DNA of 64,000 nucleotides. Origin: an uncultured Nitrospiraceae bacterium (GTDB lineage: Bacteria > Nitrospirota > Nitrospiria > Nitrospirales > Nitrospiraceae). The position numbers were made by a program, and so were the translations under genes. The DNA is taken from NCBI GenBank assembly GCA_963706325.1, contig CAVPLT010000001.1, positions 960,001-1,024,000 on the forward strand, given 5' to 3'. How positions within the stretch are numbered: the first letter of the stretch is position 1; every line of letters starts with the position of its first letter. Shown here in pieces: positions 19,201 through 26,691 of the stretch. The notes beneath the pieces were generated by a model. It was given only the letters and a program-made list of their open reading frames with translations, was not told where the DNA came from and made no database searches.

Positions 19201-21162
19201 CTGTCCGATTGCCAGCTCACTTACAGAGAGGTGTACGTCGACGAGCCTGCCGTCCTTACGAACGACCTGCACCTCGCGTGAGGATCCGATGATGCTCCGT
19301 TTGCCGGCGCTCAGAGACATCGCAAGAAAGTCGTCATGCTGTTCCCGATAGGGGGATGGCATCAAAAGTTTAATATGGCTCCCCACCAGGTCCTGCTCCT
19401 CATATCCAAGCAGGGCAAGCACGGCAGGATTGACGTTTTCGATCCGACCTTGGTCGTCAATGACCATGATCCCGTCGATCGCGCTGTCAAATATGGATTG
19501 GATTTTCCCCTCGCTGTTACGTAGGGCGGATTCGGTGCGTTCATAGTCGGTGATGTCCAGAACGGTTCCGATCATTGTAATGGGCCGGCCGGTTGCGTCA
19601 CGATGCACCACCCCACGGCAGTGAATATGCCGGATTTCTCCGTCGGGCCTGAGAATCCGGCATTTCAGATTGTAAGGCGAGTCATCGTGAAGTGACGTAT
19701 TCACCGCCTCCCGTACTCGGTTTCTGTCATCCGGATGAAGCGCGTCCAGGAAGACTTCGTAACTGGGCCTGGTATGGCCTTGATCGAACCCAAAAATGTG
19801 AAATTGCTCATCAGACCAATGGAGGGATCCATTCTTTAAATCCCATTCCCACGAACCCAGATGAGCCAGTGCTTGCGCTTCGTTCAGAGCTTGTTGCTTC
19901 TTCGATAGGTCCTGTTGGGTCCGCGTTGCCGCCGAATCCAGTGTTTTCCGCGCTGAGATGTCAAGATGGATGCCGGCCGCTCGCAACGGCGCGCCGGATG
20001 CATCTCGGGCGAGGACGCGCCCGCTGCCAAAAATCCATTGCCAGACGCCGCTCCTGTGTAGCAAGCGATGTTCGCTCGAATAACTAGGCGTCTCTCCCCG
20101 AAGATGGGCCGCGACGGCCTCCATCACCGCGGCTTTATCGTCGGGGTGGAGCAGCTGCTCCCAACTCCGGATGTGCGGTTCGATTTCCTCTAGGCGATAT
20201 CCGAGCATGCCGGCCCATCGTTCGTTGAACATCACATGTCCGCTCGGAATGTCCCATTCCCATGTTCCGATATCGGCGGCGTCGACGATCATGTCCATCC
20301 GACTGGCTTGTCGTTCCACCGTCTGTTCATGCACGGTGAGCAATCTCTCCAACTCCACGATTCTCTTGCTCAGCTGGGCAACCCTGGCATCGTTCGAATC
20401 GTTTCTAGTGACGGTCGGCTGCGGGGTGACCGACGCTGGCGATAAGGAAGTCGTGGCCACATGTGGCGCAAGGGTGATTTGTGCACAGAGGGCGAGCGGT
20501 TTGAATAGGTGTGCCGTCGCCTCGGGAATGACCTGCTTGCTGAAGAGGATAACTGAAAAGATATCTCCGTTGGGCAGTGGAGCCCCGAATCCCAGCACCG
20601 AACGCACGCCATACGGGAGTACGAATTCGTCTTGGGCAGGAATATACGGGCTTCCTTCGGCATGAAGCACATGAAAAACATTGAACAGATGTTCCTCCGA
20701 GTCAAGGAGCAGATGATGATTCGGTTGAGTCAATTGAGAAAGTGAGATGCCCAGTTGGTGAAAGAGCTGGCTGAACATCGGCAGTTGGGCGAAATCGTCG
20801 GGGCTACCGAGCGGGACGACTCGGTAACGACTGGAGCGCGAGGGATCGTCCCAGCCTTGTACGGCGCTAGCGCTAGCCAGCAAGGTCAGGCAAGGAAGGG
20901 ACGGATCATCTGGGATCTTCCCTAGTTTTGTGACCGCCAGGTCGCGAAGCTCCGGCGGCAGACGACCATAGGGAGTTGTCTTGAACAATCGGACGAGGAC
21001 GCAGGCCGATTCTTCACTCTGGTCCAGGGTAAAGGAGTTGTACAGATACCGGACCAGGCGATCGGCGGCGGCCTCGAGACTGGTTGCGCCTGTCCCCAGC
21101 ACGCGGAGGGCCGCTCCGCAGGCTGTCATGTCCCTGAGATGGAACGATCGAAGATGGTACAT
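16297..21162 (-). CDS. Cytoplasmic hybrid sensor histidine kinase: unnamed GAF-like N-domain, 6 PAS, HisKA, HATPase, pseudo-REC, REC
   Basis: SHEIRTPMN H-box, NLIGNAIKF, DTGIGI, GGTGLGL; six PAS/PAC repeats ending in DIT/DIS/DVT; REC2 AEDN...FMDCQMP; no TM segment. Confidence 0.92.
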   Translation of the reverse strand: MYHLRSFHLRDMTACGAALRVLGTGATSLEAAADRLVRYLYNSFTLDQSEESACVLVRLFKTTPYGRLPPELRDLAVTKLGKIPDDPSLPCLTLLASASAVQGWDDPSRSSRYRVVPLGSPDDFAQLPMFSQLFHQLGISLSQLTQPNHHLLLDSEEHLFNVFHVLHAEGSPYIPAQDEFVLPYGVRSVLGFGAPLPNGDIFSVILFSKQVIPEATAHLFKPLALCAQITLAPHVATTSLSPASVTPQPTVTRNDSNDARVAQLSKRIVELERLLTVHEQTVERQASRMDMIVDAADIGTWEWDIPSGHVMFNERWAGMLGYRLEEIEPHIRSWEQLLHPDDKAAVMEAVAAHLRGETPSYSSEHRLLHRSGVWQWIFGSGRVLARDASGAPLRAAGIHLDISARKTLDSAATRTQQDLSKKQQALNEAQALAHLGSWEWDLKNGSLHWSDEQFHIFGFDQGHTRPSYEVFLDALHPDDRNRVREAVNTSLHDDSPYNLKCRILRPDGEIRHIHCRGVVHRDATGRPITMIGTVLDITDYERTESALRNSEGKIQSIFDSAIDGIMVIDDQGRIENVNPAVLALLGYEEQDLVGSHIKLLMPSPYREQHDDFLAMSLSAGKRSIIGSSREVQVVRKDGRLVDVHLSVSELAIGQSRKYTGMFRDISERKSLEGALQESEERFRQLADHIDAVFWLTSADTHHMLYVSPGFESIWGRSRDDLYANPMLWIECIHPDDRERIAVAAACQTSLPYDEEYRIVTATGTVRWIRDRGFPVKDQEGKVYRLAGIAVDITDAKQLESTVRAGELRYRSLVELSPNSIFVICSNRIVFANNACATLLGAMTLSQLLGRPIADFMQRDARSLVEERAGGIDREGRDAQMVERVRRLDGRVIIAEIAAAPVTYEGKSATLVILTDVTERKHLEDALLSTNAQLMGILNAARRLSIIATDTTGRITTFNAGAEALLGYAAEEMLGKHSPNILHIPAEIERRGQELSTPRGLPVRGFNVLVHNARQGGFDEHEWTYVRKDGTHFTALVTITALRNEENVILGYLAVGHDITQRKKAEAALLLTAQELEAKNSELAKARDQALQAVQLKTDFLATMSHEIRTPMNAIIGMTGLLLDTDLTEEQHEFADTVRRSSDALLTLVNDILDFSKIEAGKLQFENLAFDLRTTVEDTLELLAEQAQSKGLELIGLVDAAVPIGVLGDPGRVRQILVNLIGNAIKFTPTGEVFLHVTCEGGGEAAVLRFTITDTGIGIPEAVQARLFQAFTQADSSTTRRYGGTGLGLAICQRLVKQMRGQIGIESRPRQGSTFWFTAELPEAALAPPPLTISLTQLRGRRVLLVNHNRTTRHALHQQLVPYGIDCVEAQNGPDAYERAQAAAAKQKPFDLALIELHLPDMDGFQVATGLKSDPATAATRVVVLTTVGRRGDGGRAQAHGVDAYLTKPLRQSQLLECLCRLLDTPAPAGIQQPASTTPLITRHTLAEAHTSTLTRLLLAEDNPINQKVACKILEKLGCRVDVVGNGQEAVAAHERAPYPLIFMDCQMPEMDGFEATAMIRKMEGSSGHTPVVAMTANAMKGDREKCLAAGMDDYVAKPIRPKDLQTILDTWLPKRGEASAA

Positions 21163-21267
21163 GGGCGGCAGCGTGAATCTCCGGACGCAGAAAGAGTTTT
21201 CCGGATACTCTTTCGGTGCGCGGTGGACCGAACTTAAGTTGATGACAACTGTCCATAAAGAGATGCC

Positions 21268-22086
21268 TCATTCAGACAAGTGTGTCAGGTAAAAGGCAGC
21301 AGCCTGGGATCTCCTCGTAAGGTGCAGCTTGGTGTATACGTTGGCTAGATAATTCTTGACCGTTTTGTCGCTGAGGCCGAGTTCTGCCGCGATTTCTTTG
21401 TTGGTTTTTCCTTGGGCAATAAGCGGAAGCAGGCGTTGCTCCTGAGGCGACAGCAGATGCCGCCCTCGCTCAGGCTCTCGATCCGCAAGTTTACGAAGAT
21501 AGGCAAAGGTATGCCTGGTCATGCCGGGATCGAGATACGACTGCCCCTTACTGACCGTCCGCAGCGCATGGAGGAGCGTTTCGGTTCCGGCGTCCTGTAG
21601 CACATACCCATGAGCTCCGGTGGCCACAGCCGACAGTAGGACTGTGTCATCCAGCGTATCGGTGAGGAACAGGATACGCGTGGTCGGCAGCTTAGCGAGA
21701 ATCTCCTTAGCCGTGTCGATGCTTGCGCCGTCCTGCACCCGTAGGTCGAGCATCACAAGGTCAGGTTTGAGTTGAAGAATGAGCGGCACTGCGTCCTGTC
21801 GCAAACTTGCCTCTCCGATCACGGTAAAGTCTGTGACGGATTCGAGCAGTGTGCGTATACCCACTCGCACCAGTTCTTGCGGATTGACAATGAACACGCG
21901 GGACAGTTTCCCCTGATTCTGATTCATAGGTGTATTCCAAGTTGATGGATGCTGGATTGCTTTATGGTTCACAACTCTGAGAGAAGCCTCTTGTTCCGAC
22001 AATCCGATTGGAGAGGCGGATACCATGGCGCCGGATGGCGCTGAACTCGGTGCTCGAGTGGGTTTTGGTTCGTGATGTATCGCCAT
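21268..22086 (-). CDS. NarL/LuxR-type response regulator with atypical receiver domain
   Basis: REC plus HTH (GKTNKEIA...SDKTVKNY); AAGGAG RBS before ATG 22086; alternative start at MNQNQ near 21928. Confidence 0.85.
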   Translation of the reverse strand: MAIHHEPKPTRAPSSAPSGAMVSASPIGLSEQEASLRVVNHKAIQHPSTWNTPMNQNQGKLSRVFIVNPQELVRVGIRTLLESVTDFTVIGEASLRQDAVPLILQLKPDLVMLDLRVQDGASIDTAKEILAKLPTTRILFLTDTLDDTVLLSAVATGAHGYVLQDAGTETLLHALRTVSKGQSYLDPGMTRHTFAYLRKLADREPERGRHLLSPQEQRLLPLIAQGKTNKEIAAELGLSDKTVKNYLANVYTKLHLTRRSQAAAFYLTHLSE

Positions 22087-22187
22087 GGCGTGATCTCCTT
22101 TCCGTAAAATACCTCTGCCCTCATGCGACCCCTCTTTCGTCAGAGGGGCTTCGTCATTCCGTCGAACATGGAGCACCGACCACACCA

Positions 22188-23501
22188 CTAAGACACCTCT
22201 GCCAGGTGACCGAGCGTGGCCTGTTCCACGATGGGAAATGGGATATGAGCTCGGACCCCGACGTCCACACGAGAGAGCGCCAGAACGACATTTTTCCCAC
22301 CGAATCCGAAGCTGTTGATCAGGGCTTTGCCGATGCGAGAAGGTCTGCCCTGCAATGCCACGTAATCCAGGTCACAGGTAGGGTCAGGGTTCGTCAAATG
22401 CAACGTGGGGGGAATGAATTGATGCTCCATGGCCAGTGCCGTACCGATCACCTGAAAGGCGCCACTCGCTGCGAACGCATGGCCCAGAGCAGATTTAAAC
22501 GAGCTGACAGGTACGCGATAGGCATGGGATCCCAGTGATTCTTTGATGGCGGTTGTTTCGATACTGTCGAGCTCCATGGTCCCCAGGCCGCAGGCGTTGA
22601 CATATTCGACTTCTTCAGGAAACCAACTGGCGGTAATCAAGGCCCGGTCGATTGCGCGTTTTTGCTCCTTGCCCGACGCCAACGGACGCGCCATGGAATA
22701 GGCATCGCATGTGAAGCCCCATCCTTCAAGCTCCGCGTACATGTGAGCTCCGCGTAAGCGCGCGTGATCGTAGTCCTCCAGTATGAGGCAACCGGCGCCT
22801 TCGCCCAGCACCATGCCACAACGTGTTCGATCAAATGGACGAGGCAGATTGCGGACCGTGCCGCCGTGATCGGGCGCGAGTACCCGTCCTGCCTCCATCG
22901 CCGAAAAAATGGTGGGATGCAGCGGGGCTTCAGTACCTCCGGCCAAAATGATATCGGCATTGCCGGAGCGAATCATCTCGAATGCTCGGCCGATGGCATT
23001 GGCCGTCGAGGAGCATCCGATGGAGTAGGTTTCGCATTCTCCGTTGATACCGAGCGCAATGGCAATTTCTCCCGACACGGCGTTGGGGAATGTCGATGCC
23101 ATGGTGAAAGGGCTGAGGTGTTGGTGCTTCAGCATGCTGTCGTGTGCCGCAAATGCCTCGCGCAGTCCTGCGATAGACGTGCCGAGGCAAATCGCCATTT
23201 CCGAACGATTTTCATGCTCGATGTCCAGTCTGGCGTCCCGCACCGCCATCAGCGCCGCCGCGACGGCGAAATGACTGACGCGGCCCATGCGTCGAGCTTG
23301 CTTCCGCGGAATAAAATCCTCGGCATCGAAGTCTTTTACTTCGCCGGCGAGGCTGGAGGAAAACGGGGCCGTATCGAAAGAGGAGAGCGGCGCAATCCCG
23401 CTCTGGCCTGTGCTGAGCAAATGCCAAAACGTCTGCAAATTATTTCCCAGAGGGGACACGATACCAAGCCCCGTGATGACGACTCTGCGCATCTGTTTCA
23501 T
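22188..23501 (-). CDS. FabF-like beta-ketoacyl synthase with a His-to-Cys change in the catalytic triad
   Basis: RRVVITGLG, IGCSS, GEGAG, YVNACGLGT (usually NAHGTST), KSALGH, NSFGFGG; GGAGG RBS before ATG 23501. Confidence 0.88.
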   Translation of the reverse strand: MKQMRRVVITGLGIVSPLGNNLQTFWHLLSTGQSGIAPLSSFDTAPFSSSLAGEVKDFDAEDFIPRKQARRMGRVSHFAVAAALMAVRDARLDIEHENRSEMAICLGTSIAGLREAFAAHDSMLKHQHLSPFTMASTFPNAVSGEIAIALGINGECETYSIGCSSTANAIGRAFEMIRSGNADIILAGGTEAPLHPTIFSAMEAGRVLAPDHGGTVRNLPRPFDRTRCGMVLGEGAGCLILEDYDHARLRGAHMYAELEGWGFTCDAYSMARPLASGKEQKRAIDRALITASWFPEEVEYVNACGLGTMELDSIETTAIKESLGSHAYRVPVSSFKSALGHAFAASGAFQVIGTALAMEHQFIPPTLHLTNPDPTCDLDYVALQGRPSRIGKALINSFGFGGKNVVLALSRVDVGVRAHIPFPIVEQATLGHLAEVS

Positions 23502-23517
23502 GGATTCAACCTCCCTG

Positions 23518-24819
23518 TTACGACTGTTGATGACGGTCACGACATGCTTCACCCTCATGCCAAGCGATCAGGTGTTCATGATGGCTCTGAGACACGGCGG
23601 ACGGCGGGTAGTACTTGTCGTAGAAACTTAGGTCCAGATGGTGGGCCTGACAGGCCACGATGGATTTAAACGCGTCGACGTGGGCGGGAAATCGTCCATA
23701 GGTCTGAACGACGTACTCGCAAAATGCGATGGCGGCGGCGATGCCTTGTTCAGAGTGCCGCGGGATCTGAGGTTTGATCGACGGATTGTTCCAAGGCTGA
23801 GAGTCGGGGGTTGCATACAATCCGGTAGCCCCGAATTTGGAGGCGATCAGGTTGAGGACGGCCTCCTCCATGTTGCCGATCAGGGGAGGACAGGGGGCCT
23901 CCCAGACGCCCGGGAGACCGACGGGATTCGGTCGGCGAGGCCCGGTGGTCGGCATGTGAAACTGAAAGCCGAGTCCCGGAACAAGATGTGGTTCGATGCC
24001 TAGGAGGTGGCGACCGCTCCCGACGCTGTGAATTCCGCCACCCAACCCCATGGCCTGTTCCATAAGAAAAATATGCTCCGCGACGATTCCCTGCTCCTGA
24101 AGGGCAGTATCGCTGATGGCGTTATCCAGGTCGCGCAACGTCATCGTGCGGCGCTTGGCCGGGTCATCATGGAGGTGTCCTCCGCGGCTTTTACTGAAAC
24201 GATCGAGCCCGCAGGCGCTATTTCCGTTATCGGTGTCGACAATGAAATAGCCGTACTCATCACTGAGCAAGACCAAGAGTAGGTTCAGATAGACGCTGGC
24301 GATCTCGGTGACAGGAATGAAGTACGTAGAGCCGGGACGATTGGCATACCACTGGTTGAAACTGAGCATGAATGGCAGCTGCCGGGGAATATCGAGTCGC
24401 TCGGCGGACAATTCCGTCAATTTCGTCATGGCCGGGTCTTCAGGCGACGCCGATTCCTTGACAAAATAGGTTCCTGAATCATTCGTGAAAAACAGCCGAG
24501 TCGTTTGAGCGGCACAGGCGCTGGGTACCGTGCGCCCTTGGAGACTCATAAGGGCCATTCCCTGACCGTCCTCGGAGTGAGGACGAGATGAAAACTGCAT
24601 GTCCGCCGTGTGAGCGCCGGTTTTCCCTACCCCAGCAAAAATCAGATGGCGCTCTTCTTCCGCGTTCAGGGGTAGGGGAGGGAGGGAGCTCTTATACTGG
24701 AGAGGGCCGGCGGGTAATTCCATGCCGCACCCGAACCGTCGCGTCTTTCGCTGTTCCAGCAATTCCATAAATGCTTGCACAGAAGTGGATCGGGAAACCT
24801 GGCACGCTGAATTCGCCAT
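23518..24819 (-). CDS. Uncharacterised protein, probable nitroreductase/SagB-like FMN-binding fold
   Basis: 433 aa ORF with AAGGAGG RBS; RKTRRF near the N-terminus, RTVPSA, and late LMEQAMGLGG match the nitroreductase motifs R.S.R.F, R..PSA and L.A.ALGLG. Confidence 0.6.
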   Translation of the reverse strand: MANSACQVSRSTSVQAFMELLEQRKTRRFGCGMELPAGPLQYKSSLPPLPLNAEEERHLIFAGVGKTGAHTADMQFSSRPHSEDGQGMALMSLQGRTVPSACAAQTTRLFFTNDSGTYFVKESASPEDPAMTKLTELSAERLDIPRQLPFMLSFNQWYANRPGSTYFIPVTEIASVYLNLLLVLLSDEYGYFIVDTDNGNSACGLDRFSKSRGGHLHDDPAKRRTMTLRDLDNAISDTALQEQGIVAEHIFLMEQAMGLGGGIHSVGSGRHLLGIEPHLVPGLGFQFHMPTTGPRRPNPVGLPGVWEAPCPPLIGNMEEAVLNLIASKFGATGLYATPDSQPWNNPSIKPQIPRHSEQGIAAAIAFCEYVVQTYGRFPAHVDAFKSIVACQAHHLDLSFYDKYYPPSAVSQSHHEHLIAWHEGEACRDRHQQS

Positions 24820-24912
24820 GTCGTCCTCCTTATGTCGGTCCCCGCTGCGTCGCCGGTGAGCGGCACGTTCTGCGGATGATGCGACACCCTACTGGAAACA
24901 TTTAAGGAAGGA

Positions 24913-24932
24913 ACCTACCCGGCCGGGTAGGT
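24913..24932. promoter_or_regulatory. Lux-box-type operator ACCTACCCGG|CCGGGTAGGT
   Basis: Perfect 20-bp palindrome with the ACCT-N12-AGGT lux-box frame, between divergent genes, about 1.8 kb from a QS-type LuxR gene. Confidence 0.8.
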
Positions 24933-25070
24933 CTCATGAATGGGACGTTGCTCTATGGTGCGGATGCGCGTGGTTGAGTTTCAGACAGGACTACGTACAG
25001 AGAACGAGAAAACGCAACGCTCTTATTCTCTCCTTCCTGCCGTCGCAGGGAGGCGTCACCACCAGGAGGC

Positions 25071-26633
25071 ATGCATATGACACCATCAACTTCTCCCGGA
25101 TGCCCGTATCACTCGGCAGCGGCCGCCCAATCGAACGTCGCGCCGGCCCCTGCATCGCCAGGCCGCACATTGGCGGATCTTCCCGGACCTAAGGGACTGC
25201 CGATTCTTGGAAATCTTTTGCAGTTGGACTTGAAGCATCTCCACACCGTCCTCGAACAGTGGGCGCGCGAGCATGGTCCGATGTATCAATTCCGGATTGC
25301 CCACAAGGCCGTCGTGGCCGTGACCGACACGGACCTCATCAACGAAGTCCTGCGTAAGCGACCGGATGCGTATCGCCGTCTGAATGCCATCGAACCTGTG
25401 TTGAAAGAGATGGGGATCAATGGAGTATTTTCCGCCGAAGGGGATCATTGGTATCGACAACGTCGGATCGCCATGCAGGCCCTCAATACTGCTCATTTGC
25501 GCCAGTTCTTCGAAACGCTCGTCAAGGTGACGGGTCGATTGAAAGCCCGGTGGGAGAAGGCCGTGGCCAAAGGGAGTGCCGTGGAGGCGCAAAAAGATTT
25601 GAGTCGGTACACCATCGATGTGACCGCCAATCTGGCATTTGGATACGATGTCAATACGCTTGAAACAGAAGGCGATGAGCTCCAGGGTCATTTGGCGCGG
25701 ATCTTCCCCATGGTCAATCGTCGCATCAATGCGCCGTTCCCGTATTGGCATTTTATGAAGACGCCGGCGGATCGAGCCTTGGAGGAATCGTTGGCGTTTG
25801 TTCACCGGGCGATCCGCGGGTACATCGCCAACAGCCGGGCTCGCTTGGCGAACGATCCTGAGTTGGCGGCCCATCCGACCAACTTTCTGGAGGCTATGTT
25901 GGCCACGCGCGAGACGGATGGTCCCGAGTTCACCGACGAGGAGATCTCCGGCAACGTCTTGACGATGTTGCTGGGCGGGGAAGACTCCACCGCCGCAACG
26001 ATGGCCTGGATGTTTCATTTCTTGGCGGAGCATCCTGATATTCAGGCGCGCGCGCAGACGGAAGTGGACGAGGTGCTGGGCAACGGCGACATGCTGACGG
26101 CCTATCGTGACCACGAACGACTGCCCTATGTGGAGGCCGTTGCATTCGAGACGATGCGCTTGAAGTCCGTATTTCCCGTGCTGTTTTTAGGCACGAATCA
26201 AGACGTCCAGTTAGGTGGTGTGCGGATTCCGGCCGATACGGCGATCTTCTTGCTCACCAGGCAATGCGGGATGCAGGAGGAGGCCTTTGCGTCGCCGCAG
26301 CAATTCTTGCCGGAGCGTTGGTTGGTATCTGGCGCGGGTACTCAGGAGGGACACAATACAAAAGCGTTCGTTCCATTTGGCGCCGGTCCGCGGTTTTGTC
26401 CGGGACGTAATTTGGCGCTCCTTGAAATCAAAGCCATCATGGCGATGCTCTGTCGAAACTTTTCGATTTCCAAACCAATGAACGCTCGTTCAGTCGAAGA
26501 GCAATTCGGCTTTTTAATGGCGCCCGCAAATCTCTCCGTTGTGATGCGCAGGCGAAACAATGCGTCACGTTCAATCGGTGAGGAGTTCCCGCACGCCGGC
26601 TTGGAGCTGCCGTTCGCGACGACGCGATCGTAA
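25071..26633 (+). CDS. Cytochrome P450
   Basis: PGP..LPILGN, I-helix GGEDST, ExxR (ETMR), PERW, heme motif FGAGPRFCPG; AGGAGG RBS (start 25071 or 25077). Confidence 0.95.
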   Translation: MHMTPSTSPGCPYHSAAAAQSNVAPAPASPGRTLADLPGPKGLPILGNLLQLDLKHLHTVLEQWAREHGPMYQFRIAHKAVVAVTDTDLINEVLRKRPDAYRRLNAIEPVLKEMGINGVFSAEGDHWYRQRRIAMQALNTAHLRQFFETLVKVTGRLKARWEKAVAKGSAVEAQKDLSRYTIDVTANLAFGYDVNTLETEGDELQGHLARIFPMVNRRINAPFPYWHFMKTPADRALEESLAFVHRAIRGYIANSRARLANDPELAAHPTNFLEAMLATRETDGPEFTDEEISGNVLTMLLGGEDSTAATMAWMFHFLAEHPDIQARAQTEVDEVLGNGDMLTAYRDHERLPYVEAVAFETMRLKSVFPVLFLGTNQDVQLGGVRIPADTAIFLLTRQCGMQEEAFASPQQFLPERWLVSGAGTQEGHNTKAFVPFGAGPRFCPGRNLALLEIKAIMAMLCRNFSISKPMNARSVEEQFGFLMAPANLSVVMRRRNNASRSIGEEFPHAGLELPFATTRS

Positions 26634-26691
26634 CGGTGGGTTGCCTCCGGGCGATAGAGGGCACTTAGGTGGCAGCTGAGGCGCTTCGTTC

